In this document: positions 10,701 through 19,985 of the stretch, in pieces
Position numbering within the stretch: position 1 is the first letter of the stretch
Layout of the letters: every line of letters begins with the position of its first letter
DNA from: a virus
Strand: one strand, 5' to 3'
Length of the DNA: 64,000 bases
IMG/VR virus record: IMGVR_UViG_3300028569_000022
Coordinates: 27,441-91,440 of that record
Made by a program: the position numbers and the translations under genes
The notes under the pieces: generated by a model
Databases searched by the model: none
What the model saw: the letters and a program-made list of their open reading frames with translations, nothing else
What the model was told of the DNA's origin: nothing

Positions 10701-11768
10701 ATGACAAACAAATATGAATGGCTTAACAAAGACTCGCGAAAATTTCTCGAAAGAGGATATTTGTTAGAAGGAGAAACTGCTGAGCAACGAATTAGAGATA
10801 TTGCAAATGCTGCAGAAAAATATCTTGATATTAAAGGCTTTGCTGATAAATTCGAGGGGTTCATGGAGAAAGGATTTTTTTCATTATCAAGCCCAATATG
10901 GTCAAATTTTGGACGGACTAGAGGCTTGCCTATAAGTTGTTTTGGCTCCTATATTCCTGATACGATGGAGGGAATCATGGAAAAAGTATCAGAAACTGCT
11001 ATCATGACAAAACACGGAGGCGGCACATCTGCTTATTTTGGAGATGTACGTGGAAGAGGATCAGCAATTTCATGTGGAGGAGAATCTACGGGTTCCGTTC
11101 ATTTTATGGAGCTGTATAACAAACTAATGAATGTTGTCTCTCAAGGAAATGTTCGCAGAGGTTCGTTTGCTGCATATCTTCCAATAGACCACAAAGACAT
11201 TGAGGAATTTTTACAAATTCGTTCAGAGGGACATGATATTCAAGAGTTATCATTTGCGGTGACTGTTTCTGATGAATGGATGAAAGATATGGTTGCTGGT
11301 GACAAAGACAAGCGAAGAATTTGGTCTAAAGTCATTCAAAAACGCTTCGAAACTGGCTATCCTTATATTATGTTTTCGGATACAGTTAACAACAATGCTC
11401 CTCAAGTGTATAAAGATAAAGGATTGAAGATTAATAACTCAAATCTTTGTGTAACAGGAGATACTTTAATCACCATTCTTATTAATAATTCTGAGAAACG
11501 TCAGATACAAATCAAGGACTTGATGTTCTATATGAAGAAGTATGAGGACGTCAAAGTAAAAGGATGCGACACTACCGAAAACAAAGTAGAATTTGAAAAA
11601 ATAGAAGTGTTTGCTCAGACTGGAGAATCTACTGAATTATATGAAATTGAAGACGAGCACGGAAACGTAATTAGATGCACACCAGACCACCAACTATACA
11701 CAAAGAACCGTGGTTATGTAATGGCAAAGGATCTCAAAGAAGACGACATCTTACAAAGCGAAAAATAA
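10701..11768 (+). CDS. nrdA: Ribonucleotide reductase alpha subunit, N-fragment (249 aa) fused to split-intein N-half (106 aa)
   Basis: SSPIWSNFG, ISCFG, GGGTS, QGNVRRGSFAAYL, TGYPY, then SNL|CVTGDT...TPDH...(intein blocks A and B). No ATP cone. Confidence 0.95.
   Translation: MTNKYEWLNKDSRKFLERGYLLEGETAEQRIRDIANAAEKYLDIKGFADKFEGFMEKGFFSLSSPIWSNFGRTRGLPISCFGSYIPDTMEGIMEKVSETAIMTKHGGGTSAYFGDVRGRGSAISCGGESTGSVHFMELYNKLMNVVSQGNVRRGSFAAYLPIDHKDIEEFLQIRSEGHDIQELSFAVTVSDEWMKDMVAGDKDKRRIWSKVIQKRFETGYPYIMFSDTVNNNAPQVYKDKGLKINNSNLCVTGDTLITILINNSEKRQIQIKDLMFYMKKYEDVKVKGCDTTENKVEFEKIEVFAQTGESTELYEIEDEHGNVIRCTPDHQLYTKNRGYVMAKDLKEDDILQSEK
11448..11765 (+). mobile_element. Split intein N-fragment (IntN)
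   Basis: Begins with Cys1 (CVTGDTLI), has block B CTPDH, ends RGYVMAKDLKEDDIL. Confidence 0.92.
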
Positions 11769-11780
11769 CATAATATTAGA

Positions 11781-11821
11781 TAAGTAATTACAGAGCATAG
11801 ACCATTTATGCTCTGTAATTA
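11781..11821 (+). promoter_or_regulatory. Late-promoter-like TAAGTA overlapping a 15-bp hairpin that occludes the HNH start region
   Basis: Perfect inverted repeat 11785-11799 (TAATTACAGAGCATA) / 11807-11821, including the A of ATG. TAAGTA at 11781-11786. Confidence 0.75.
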
Positions 11822-12699
11822 TGAACTACAAATTAATACATGATGAGCTAATAAATTATTGTAATGGAGTATCCCCGCAAATGAGACTAAAACATAGAAA
11901 TAAAAACGACGAAAGACTCAATAGTTCTTCTTTGTATGTTGAAATTCATCATATTCTTCCACGGTCTTTAGGAGGCACAGACGAGATTGCAAATTTAGTA
12001 GAAGTATTACCTGAAGAACATATATTTATTCACATGCTTCGATATAAATTATACAAAAAAAGAGAAGATGCATTAGCTGTACGTTTTTGTTTAAATGGAA
12101 TGAAATTTAATAAACAGAAAAAGCATGGGTTATCTTCTCTTATTTTAACAAAAAAACTGCGCATGGGGTATGCATGGATTAGAGCAAATGCTCAAACTGT
12201 TAGACAAACAGAGGGCTGGCATACTCCAGACGGAATTAAAAGAATTTCTGAAGCAAGAAAAGGCAAAATACCAGTAAAAGATATAGATACTAATCAGTTT
12301 ATTGGAGCTGTTTCTAACACTCATCCCAACGTAATTTCAGGTAAGTGGGTGCACCACACCAAAGGTAGACGTATATCCGAAGCTGAAAGACAAAAAAGAA
12401 AAAACATCGGAAAGGGTCAGAGCAATAATAATGCCTCAGGACTTTCGGAAGAGTACTTTATCCAAAAGGGTCTAGAAGCATTCAATGAGTTTGGAATAAT
12501 ATTAACATGGAAAGCAATGTTAATATTGTCTCAAAAAAGAGGCTTTCCGTGGATAAAAAGCACAAAAAGTAGGTTTAACGGTAAAAGCATTAGAGGTTAT
12601 TATTCAATTTTAGAAGAAAAGACAGGAACAAAATTTAATTCTTTTGCTGCTAGATCTTTATCAAAAACCAAGTTAAAATTAAAAGAAATTTATGATTAA
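11821..12699 (+). CDS. Free-standing HNH homing endonuclease (MobE-like)
   Basis: EIHHILPRSLGG...NLV...EEHIFIH HNH motif. NUMOD3-like HTPDGIKRISEARKG. Sits between the nrdA halves. Confidence 0.88.
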   Translation: MNYKLIHDELINYCNGVSPQMRLKHRNKNDERLNSSSLYVEIHHILPRSLGGTDEIANLVEVLPEEHIFIHMLRYKLYKKREDALAVRFCLNGMKFNKQKKHGLSSLILTKKLRMGYAWIRANAQTVRQTEGWHTPDGIKRISEARKGKIPVKDIDTNQFIGAVSNTHPNVISGKWVHHTKGRRISEAERQKRKNIGKGQSNNNASGLSEEYFIQKGLEAFNEFGIILTWKAMLILSQKRGFPWIKSTKSRFNGKSIRGYYSILEEKTGTKFNSFAARSLSKTKLKLKEIYD

Positions 12700-12790
12700 A
12701 ATACGCAAAATTACAAAAACTGAACCTGTATATGACATTACAGTAAAAAAAATTAAGAATTTTTTTGCAAATAAAATATTGGTCCACAAC
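12692..12790 (+). mobile_element. Split intein C-fragment (IntC)
   Basis: Block F VYDITV, block G ILVHN, followed by +1 Cys. Confidence 0.92.
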
Positions 12791-13693
12791 TGTTCTGAAA
12801 TTTGTCTTTCTAATTCTCAGGATGAGTCGTTTGTTTGCGACCTTTCCTCTTTAAATTTAGAGAAATGGGATGAAATAAAAGACACTGATGCTGTAGAAAC
12901 TCTAGTATATTTTTTGGATGCTGTAATGACCGAATTTATTAATAAAACAGAAGGCATGCAGTTTATGGAGGCTCCTAGGAAATTTGCTGTCAACCAACGA
13001 GCCCTTGGAGTGGGTGTTCTTGGCTGGCATTCGCTGCTCCAATCAAAGATGATTGCGTTTGAGTCATTTGATGCAAAGATGCTCAATGTCAATATTTGGA
13101 AGACTATTAGAGAGCGTGCAGATAAAGCTACCGAAGAGTTGGCTTCGCTTTTTGGAGAGCCAGAATTGCTTAAGGGGTATAAAAGAAGGAACTCAACTAC
13201 TCTTGCTGTGGCTCCCACTACATCTTCCAGTTTTATCTTAGGACAAGTATCTCAATCGATAGAGCCAATGAATAGTAATTTTTATTCTAAAGACTTAGCT
13301 AAAGGACGCTTTAGTCACAAAAATCCTCACCTCAAAGAGTTGCTCAAAACTAAAGACAACAATACAGACGAAGTGTGGAAGTCGATTCTTTCAAACGGAG
13401 GATCCGTTCAACATTTAGATTTTCTTTCTGAAGTTGAAAAGGATGTATTTAAAACGTTTGAAGAAATTTCACAAAAAGAAATTGTTATTCAAGCAGCTCA
13501 ACGCCAAAAATACATTGATCAATCACAAAGTTTAAACTTGATGATTCCTCACAACGCGAAACCGAAAGAAGTTAATGAACTTCTCATATTTGGATGGGAA
13601 CAAGGAATTAAAACGTTTTACTACCAAAGATCATCAAATCCTGCACAAAAACTTGCTAGATCCATTATGACTTGTAAATCATGTGAGAGTTAA
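12692..13693 (+). CDS. nrdA: Split-intein C-half (33 aa) fused to ribonucleotide reductase alpha C-fragment (300 aa)
   Basis: PVYDITV...NFFANKILVHN|CSEI, then CDLSSLNL, RALGVG, AVAPTTSSS, IDQSQSLN, KTFYY and C-terminal CKSCES. Confidence 0.95.
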   Translation: MIKIRKITKTEPVYDITVKKIKNFFANKILVHNCSEICLSNSQDESFVCDLSSLNLEKWDEIKDTDAVETLVYFLDAVMTEFINKTEGMQFMEAPRKFAVNQRALGVGVLGWHSLLQSKMIAFESFDAKMLNVNIWKTIRERADKATEELASLFGEPELLKGYKRRNSTTLAVAPTTSSSFILGQVSQSIEPMNSNFYSKDLAKGRFSHKNPHLKELLKTKDNNTDEVWKSILSNGGSVQHLDFLSEVEKDVFKTFEEISQKEIVIQAAQRQKYIDQSQSLNLMIPHNAKPKEVNELLIFGWEQGIKTFYYQRSSNPAQKLARSIMTCKSCES

Positions 13694-14145
13694 TGCAATC
13701 AACAAGCCATAGAATTTTTAATACTGTTCTTGCTGGAGATTTATTAACAATATTTTACACCAAATTTCCGTTATTGACTTCAGTTGTTGCTTGTGGAATG
13801 GTGTTGTTCAGTAGTTTTCCTGACAAAATCGAGAAGATAGGATTAAAACACAGAGGAATTAGTCATTCACTAATTCTGTATTTAATTCTCGGTTGGATTT
13901 GTTTACAATTACCTACATTAATCGAAGCTCAACTCATTTGGATTTCGTATATAGGTTGCGGGTTTGTTTGTGGTTGTTTAGGTCATATTCTCGCTGATAT
14001 GTTTAGTAAGAACGGCATTGTTGTTCTTACTAAGAAAATAAGATTCAACCTGTATAGCACAGGAAATTTATCTGAACAAATTTTCTTGTTCAGCTTTGTT
14101 TTATTAAATTGTTTGTTGATATATTGGTTCTTGTTTACTAAATAA
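13693..14145 (+). CDS. Membrane-bound metal-dependent hydrolase (YdjM-like)
   Basis: SH...FPD...HRGISHSL...GHILADMFS motifs with hydrophobic helices. Confidence 0.75.
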   Translation: MQSTSHRIFNTVLAGDLLTIFYTKFPLLTSVVACGMVLFSSFPDKIEKIGLKHRGISHSLILYLILGWICLQLPTLIEAQLIWISYIGCGFVCGCLGHILADMFSKNGIVVLTKKIRFNLYSTGNLSEQIFLFSFVLLNCLLIYWFLFTK

Positions 14146-14196
14146 TCTTTATACACACTTTCCAATGCAGAGGAAATAGAAAGGAGATACACACAC

Positions 14197-14433
14197 ATGT
14201 CACATAATAACAAAAACGCTTACGAAATCCGTTTGGAAGTTCTTCAAATGGCTCACGGGGATATGAATATGAAGTTTATTGAAAAGCTTAATGTTCACAG
14301 AACACAAGATATAAATGGGTTTTTACAAAATCCATCAGAAGAAGTAATTGAAAGCTTGTTTCCAAAACCAGCTGATACTATTATCAGAGCTGAAGAACTC
14401 TATAAATTTGTTGAAGGAACAAAAGGCCTTTAA
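14197..14433 (+). CDS. Conserved small T4-like phage protein
   Basis: NAYEIRLEVLQMA...AEELYKFV pattern. Confidence 0.6.
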   Translation: MSHNNKNAYEIRLEVLQMAHGDMNMKFIEKLNVHRTQDINGFLQNPSEEVIESLFPKPADTIIRAEELYKFVEGTKGL

Positions 14434-14450
14434 TTTTTGAGTCGAACCCG

Positions 14451-14506
14451 AAACCCCTCTAGGCTACCAACCTGGAGGGGTTTTATTTTTTTTTTTTTTT
14501 TTTTTT
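14451..14506 (+). terminator. Rho-independent terminator
   Basis: AAACCCCTCTAGG-loop-CCTGGAGGGGTTT followed by a long T run. Confidence 0.85.
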
Positions 14507-14588
14507 AAATTTTTTTAAAATCTTTGATAAATAAAAATGTCTGGTGCTCGAAAGAGGTCAGACAAAACATAACATAGATTAATAAATT

Positions 14589-15068
14589 ATGACACAACTA
14601 CAAACATACGTCCCTGGACATTATTCGTCCACTGAACGGGTCTTCCGCCATTTGCCCGCTCTGTTTAATGATAACTGGCTAGAAAACATGTTCGGAGAAG
14701 TCGACAAAGCGTTTGACGTCCCGAATGCAGTATATCCCTACAACGTCTTACAAGTAAGGAACGACAAGCAAGAAGTAACCCAATATGAAGTTGAGGTAGC
14801 ACTTGCAGGAGTCGGAAAAGAACATATTGATGTAAAAGTCCGTGAAGGAAAACTACACATTAATATTCTCAAAGAAAAAGAGGAACCGATTGATACTATT
14901 GCGTATCTAAAACGAGGCATTAGTCAAAGAAAAGGAAGTATGACTTTCAATCTTGACGACAAAGTGAACTCCAAAAAAATTAGTTCAACTTATAAAGACG
15001 GGCTACTCAAGGTAATCATTCCAGTTGTAAAACCGGAAACGATTGATATTGATATTAAAGTAGCATAA
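14589..15068 (+). CDS. hsp20: Small heat-shock protein (alpha-crystallin domain)
   Basis: YPYNV...EVALAG...YLKRGISQR...YKDGLLKV. Confidence 0.92.
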   Translation: MTQLQTYVPGHYSSTERVFRHLPALFNDNWLENMFGEVDKAFDVPNAVYPYNVLQVRNDKQEVTQYEVEVALAGVGKEHIDVKVREGKLHINILKEKEEPIDTIAYLKRGISQRKGSMTFNLDDKVNSKKISSTYKDGLLKVIIPVVKPETIDIDIKVA

Positions 15069-15085
15069 CTAAACTTAACAAAACT

Positions 15086-15120
15086 AAAGAGGGCTTTCGA
15101 AGAGGAAGCCCTCTTTTTTT
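15086..15120 (+). terminator. Rho-independent terminator, possibly bidirectional
   Basis: AAAGAGGGCTT...AAGCCCTCTTTTTTT. Confidence 0.85.
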
Positions 15121-15225
15121 ATCTGCTGATCTCTTCCCAATCCAAAGAAGCAAAGAGCACTGACATAGAAGTTCCAAATAAATGTATTGTGTATTTGAGA
15201 CTTAACAATTAAATAATACTACCAC

Positions 15226-16524
15226 ATGGAAATAACACTTAAAGACTTTGAATGCAAAACAGTCAAAAGCACTTACAGCTGGGACGAAGGAGTGCCTACA
15301 GGTTCACGTGTTGTTCCAGCTGTAAGCTCAACTGATACAGGACGCTATGTAGGATACGCTCCAACAGTTATTGTTTCCCTCAGTGCTTCCATTTCTGATT
15401 TAAATCCAAACCATTATGCTTTTAAGCGAACTGTAGATTTTGGTGATTATTATAATTCTGAAACAAACGTGCAAACAGCTCTAACTCAAACTGATGAGTT
15501 TTTCTGTCACACATACGTAATGCCTGGAGAATATACCTTAAAGATTACACAAACTCAATACTCCGTATTAACATCTGAATTAGAGCAACATACGTACAGG
15601 GAGGACGGAATTGCGGAAAATGATATATTACCTCATGAATGGAAGTGGTATAGTTTCTTTTGTGAGGATCCTGAGCAAACTCCTTTAATAAAATCATATT
15701 CCGTGACGTGGGATGATTGTATTTTTCAATCGACAACTCCAATGACGTGGAATGAATTGTCTAATAGTGCAAGAAGGGATTTTGTTAATTGTCCATGCGT
15801 TCCATCACCGACTGTTTGGAATTGGTATAACTTTTTAAGCGGAAATTTAAGTGATGATCTGGAGATTGATCCTTTAGATCCGAATCGAGACGGGCTCAGA
15901 TGGAAAAGTTATAGCTTGTCGGGTTGTGCTCCTCTTACTTGGAGAAGGTTAATACAAACAACTGATTTAACAGAATGTAGAAGAAAAATACCTCCGTTGA
16001 CTGCAGAAACAATTACCTACACAAAAGAACTCTTTTTAAAAGTGTTGGAAATTCCTCCTGTTGCATACTTAGAAGTCGTTGAAGTGCAATCTAATAAAAT
16101 TTCACCATATACTGTGAAATTGTCTCCAAAAAAAATTCGTTGTGGGAGTTTTCCTATTGAAAGATTAATTTGGGATTTTGGAGATGGTTCTCCGTTGTTA
16201 GAGCAAGTTAGAGGAGAGGTGAAACCAGAATATCCGTTTGTGTTTATGGATGCTTTCGATTATGATTCGGATGATGTTAGAAATTATGACGTATTACATA
16301 CATATCGTAGATCAATTGCTTCAGGTAATTGTTTTTACCCATCAGTAACAGCTATTGCGTTCTCTACAGAAACTCAAGATTGCGCGTCAGCTGTTGTAGG
16401 ACCTCTTCTATACGAACCGCCCAAAAAAGTATCCCTATTACAAAACAAGCTTATGGAGACCGAAGATATTGTGTATACAGGACAAATTGATGATGGAGCT
16501 GTTCTTTGGAAAACTGATAATTAA
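15226..16524 (+). CDS. PKD-domain structural protein with Trp/Cys-rich repeats
   Basis: DFGD...HTYVMPGEY and IWDFGDGSP PKD signatures. Confidence 0.65.
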   Translation: MEITLKDFECKTVKSTYSWDEGVPTGSRVVPAVSSTDTGRYVGYAPTVIVSLSASISDLNPNHYAFKRTVDFGDYYNSETNVQTALTQTDEFFCHTYVMPGEYTLKITQTQYSVLTSELEQHTYREDGIAENDILPHEWKWYSFFCEDPEQTPLIKSYSVTWDDCIFQSTTPMTWNELSNSARRDFVNCPCVPSPTVWNWYNFLSGNLSDDLEIDPLDPNRDGLRWKSYSLSGCAPLTWRRLIQTTDLTECRRKIPPLTAETITYTKELFLKVLEIPPVAYLEVVEVQSNKISPYTVKLSPKKIRCGSFPIERLIWDFGDGSPLLEQVRGEVKPEYPFVFMDAFDYDSDDVRNYDVLHTYRRSIASGNCFYPSVTAIAFSTETQDCASAVVGPLLYEPPKKVSLLQNKLMETEDIVYTGQIDDGAVLWKTDN

Positions 16525-16539
16525 AGCAACTAACGTAAT

Positions 16540-17445
16540 ATGATAACAAAACACTTATCTTTATCAGCTTTTGACCCAATTAAACTGGCGTATAAATATA
16601 GCACGACTGGAGATCTTAAAGCTGAATATAAAGAGTTTAGAAATGGAATGAGATATTATGATCATGATGCTTTAAAACAGTTTGCTGATGTATCACTCAG
16701 CAACGAAAGCGCTCTAATACTAACTAGAACTCTTTCGTTAAATTCAATTTTTGAAGAACAACAGAAAATATTGTCTGTTAGTGAGTTATGTGGTATGTTT
16801 GTTTTATTTGCAAAAGACACCCCGTTTCTTGGTGGCGATACTGAAGTCAACTACTTTAATGGGCAGTTTTGCATTGGAGGAAAGGGAGAGCAAGCAATTT
16901 TTAATATCGTTCCAGCAAAAGACAATAAAGTATATTTGAAAGTTAATTACAAACGAGTACAAGTAGCTGAACAGTATCCATACGAGGTGTATTTATCTGA
17001 CGACAAATTGCCTGACAACGAGTCAAACAGAGAGTTGTTTGAAGTATCATATAGGAATAAAAAGTTTGCAATAAAAACACAAACTAAAGAAGGAACACGG
17101 TTTTTATCGTTTGGGACAGATCGCATTTTAAGGGGAGTGGGATTGGAGTTAAATAAATCAATAATAAATCCGTATCACTTTGATGTAAAATTTCTCAGCT
17201 TTTCTTCGATTGCATATGGTTCTGATTATGATACAAAGGAAGTGAAATATTATAACACTAACGAATCGTTACTGGAAAAGAAAGCTTTAAATATTAAGGC
17301 ACATAAAGGTCAGAACACAAATATATTATTTGATTTTCCTGTTATTCAAACTCAAACAACAACAAATGTTGGAGTAAACATGGCTGTATTAAAAACAAAC
17401 TTCACATCAACAGGTACATTTAACTCCTCGTTAAGCTCACAATGA
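16540..17445 (+). CDS. Hypothetical structural protein
   Basis: In an operon with PKD/LamG genes. ATGA coupling to the next gene. Confidence 0.55.
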   Translation: MITKHLSLSAFDPIKLAYKYSTTGDLKAEYKEFRNGMRYYDHDALKQFADVSLSNESALILTRTLSLNSIFEEQQKILSVSELCGMFVLFAKDTPFLGGDTEVNYFNGQFCIGGKGEQAIFNIVPAKDNKVYLKVNYKRVQVAEQYPYEVYLSDDKLPDNESNRELFEVSYRNKKFAIKTQTKEGTRFLSFGTDRILRGVGLELNKSIINPYHFDVKFLSFSSIAYGSDYDTKEVKYYNTNESLLEKKALNIKAHKGQNTNILFDFPVIQTQTTTNVGVNMAVLKTNFTSTGTFNSSLSSQ

Positions 17446-19964
17446 AACAGCGCATTTACAACAAATTATACGTAAATAAAAATAGGACCGATGGGTCAGA
17501 AAAGGTACTGTTGGGGTATCGATATAATGAGCGAGAGATCGTATTCAAAAAAGACCAAGAAACGTTTTTTCACGTTCCAGTATATGCTACGCCAATCCGC
17601 TTATCAGAGTCTAGCTTAATAACCAACGGAGCAACTGCTGGGACATTTCCTGCTGCTTCTGATAGAATTTTTAAAAATCTCAAAAGCTATGGAGATGTTA
17701 CTCCTTACGGTAATCCGTCATTTAGCATTGAAGGGGGATATACTCCTTATGATAATCCTACTGGAGGAGGTCCTGCAAACGGTACGTGGTTTTGCAGTTG
17801 GTTAAAATATGATGTAAAAACTGGCCTGGTTGGATGGGTAGATAGATTTTATAATCCAGGACGATTTGTTTATGAACAAGCTGAACAAGATTTAAATAAA
17901 CTTCCTACATATGAGAATCATAACCCAACTTTTGAAGATATTCCTTCAACGTTGGTGTTTGAACCTCAGGTTCTTTATAAATATTTCCACGTAGGCGATC
18001 AAACAGCAGCTGAATTACTAACTTCATTTGAAGGGGTTAGCAGTCAATATCTCGGTCTGCATTTAAAAAATTGGGGAAATGAAAATGTAGATGAGTCTAC
18101 AAATAAAGTCCGCGTTACAGTATCGTCTAAAGCTCCTAATGATACGCTATATTCTCCAGCTTTAACTAATCCTTTGGTGATGGCACCTTCGATAAATTTT
18201 AACCACAACTACAACGTGGTTGCTCAGTCTGAGTGGGCATCTTCATATACTACAGAACAAGAATTTACTTGGTCGTTTTGGGCTCATTCTGAAAATTGGC
18301 AAACAAACGTTAGTACACAATTGTTTGGAAATTATTCTGTAGCAGGAGAAGGAATAGGAATTTTTATTGATACTTTAGAATCGTTTCCGTTTATTGTAAT
18401 ACCTGAAACTACGTATGGTAGATTATTGTTTATTAACGAAGGTTTAGAAGGATATTTGGATAAGGCTGTGTCGGGTGCACAATCAATTTTAGCTCCACCA
18501 AGTTGCTTTGTAATTAATTCTGAACGAGAGTTAATAGTATGTAATAATGACCGAGCTGCTGGAATTTACAAATTTGATCATACAGGAAACGTATTAAGCA
18601 CTACAAAAAATTTAAATAACCGTTCTAACTTTTTTGTATTTCCGGGACAATATGAAAAACCAAAGCAAGTGCTTTGTGGACCAACTGACTCAATATATAT
18701 CATTACAAATGAAGGATACTACCATTTTGATAAAAACTTGAATTTCTTGTGGTCTGTACCAAACAATACGAAAAATGTTGTTGGAGCGTTTAGCTATACG
18801 CTATCAGGAGACGCCAAATTTGAGTTGGTTTCGGATGTTTATGATGTGAAATTTATCGAATCTGATAAATGGTCTCTAGAGAGAAGAGACGGTTGTCTAT
18901 ATAAAAACGATAAGCGAGTCTATGTGTTTGATGATATAGCCACGACTTTAGCAGTAAGTCCGGACGACAAATTGTGGGTCGCTCACGGAGAAAATATTAT
19001 CGATATTATCGATCCAGTAACAATGGAATCATCAACATTTACTGTGGGTACTGTTAAACGAGCATCTGATGCAATAAAAACCATTACGTTTTTTAAAAAA
19101 TATATTAGAGAGAAAAATACGACATCGTGGAGCGGTCTTGTATTATACTCCGATGAGCAAGTATTATACTCATGCGATTTAACTGGATTGGTCAAGAGTA
19201 GAGTTAAGTTGATAGATCTACTTGATTACAACCAATTACAACAACAAAAGCAAACTGAAGAAAATTCGACATTTAATGCATTAGGGGATATGACTGGATA
19301 TGAGCGAAACCGCACAATAAACTCCACTAATCCTATTGCAAATCAACCGCAGTTAAAACTAAAAATTTCACATCGAGATGTCTCTAAACTTATTCCTGTA
19401 TTCGAAACGTCTATATTCTCTACATCGATTACAGACTGGACTTTGAATAGCTGGCAGCATTTTTCAGTAATTTTTAAAAATAAAACATTGCAGCTATTTA
19501 TAAACGCTGAGAAAGTTGGACAAATAGTATTAAAAGGCAATCAACGAATCACAAATATATATCAAAATGCTTTTTTTATAGGAATAGAAGCTGGATATAA
19601 ATTCGGGTTAAATAAAGAGATTGGATATGTATCCGGGATTTTTAACGGGAAGATCAGTGATATCAGAGTGTTTAATTATGCTTTTAATCCATATGATTTA
19701 AAGGCGTTTATTAATGCAAGTGCGGTTGGTGAGGATTTATTTTGGCAAGTTCCGATGCCGATGACTCAATATGTAGAGCAAATAAATCGCTTTTTTAAAC
19801 ACAAGCTTCCTGGAGCAAAATCGCAAATGTTTAACATAAAATTACACGGGACTCAAGTGACTGATCCTACTACTCAACGTTTAATAGAAGAAGAAATCAA
19901 AGCACTCGTAACCGAACAAAAACCTGCATATACTGATTTATTAAATTTTCAGTGGATAAGTTAA
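17442..19964 (+). CDS. LamG/ConA-like and beta-propeller structural protein
   Basis: FTWSFW; WQHFSVIF...QLFIN...FNGKISDIRVFNYA (LamG). Central propeller-like repeats. Confidence 0.7.
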   Translation: MKQRIYNKLYVNKNRTDGSEKVLLGYRYNEREIVFKKDQETFFHVPVYATPIRLSESSLITNGATAGTFPAASDRIFKNLKSYGDVTPYGNPSFSIEGGYTPYDNPTGGGPANGTWFCSWLKYDVKTGLVGWVDRFYNPGRFVYEQAEQDLNKLPTYENHNPTFEDIPSTLVFEPQVLYKYFHVGDQTAAELLTSFEGVSSQYLGLHLKNWGNENVDESTNKVRVTVSSKAPNDTLYSPALTNPLVMAPSINFNHNYNVVAQSEWASSYTTEQEFTWSFWAHSENWQTNVSTQLFGNYSVAGEGIGIFIDTLESFPFIVIPETTYGRLLFINEGLEGYLDKAVSGAQSILAPPSCFVINSERELIVCNNDRAAGIYKFDHTGNVLSTTKNLNNRSNFFVFPGQYEKPKQVLCGPTDSIYIITNEGYYHFDKNLNFLWSVPNNTKNVVGAFSYTLSGDAKFELVSDVYDVKFIESDKWSLERRDGCLYKNDKRVYVFDDIATTLAVSPDDKLWVAHGENIIDIIDPVTMESSTFTVGTVKRASDAIKTITFFKKYIREKNTTSWSGLVLYSDEQVLYSCDLTGLVKSRVKLIDLLDYNQLQQQKQTEENSTFNALGDMTGYERNRTINSTNPIANQPQLKLKISHRDVSKLIPVFETSIFSTSITDWTLNSWQHFSVIFKNKTLQLFINAEKVGQIVLKGNQRITNIYQNAFFIGIEAGYKFGLNKEIGYVSGIFNGKISDIRVFNYAFNPYDLKAFINASAVGEDLFWQVPMPMTQYVEQINRFFKHKLPGAKSQMFNIKLHGTQVTDPTTQRLIEEEIKALVTEQKPAYTDLLNFQWIS

Positions 19965-19985
19965 GCATTTACATAATTACTTTAA

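Noticed and set aside
11769-12691. Group I intron interrupting nrdA
   Set aside because: There are only 52 non-coding nt, no room for a ribozyme core, and both flanks carry complete split-intein motifs.
14481-14506. Long poly-T as a phase-variation tract
   Set aside because: It is the U-tail of a terminator. Its length may be a homopolymer artefact and no frame is affected.
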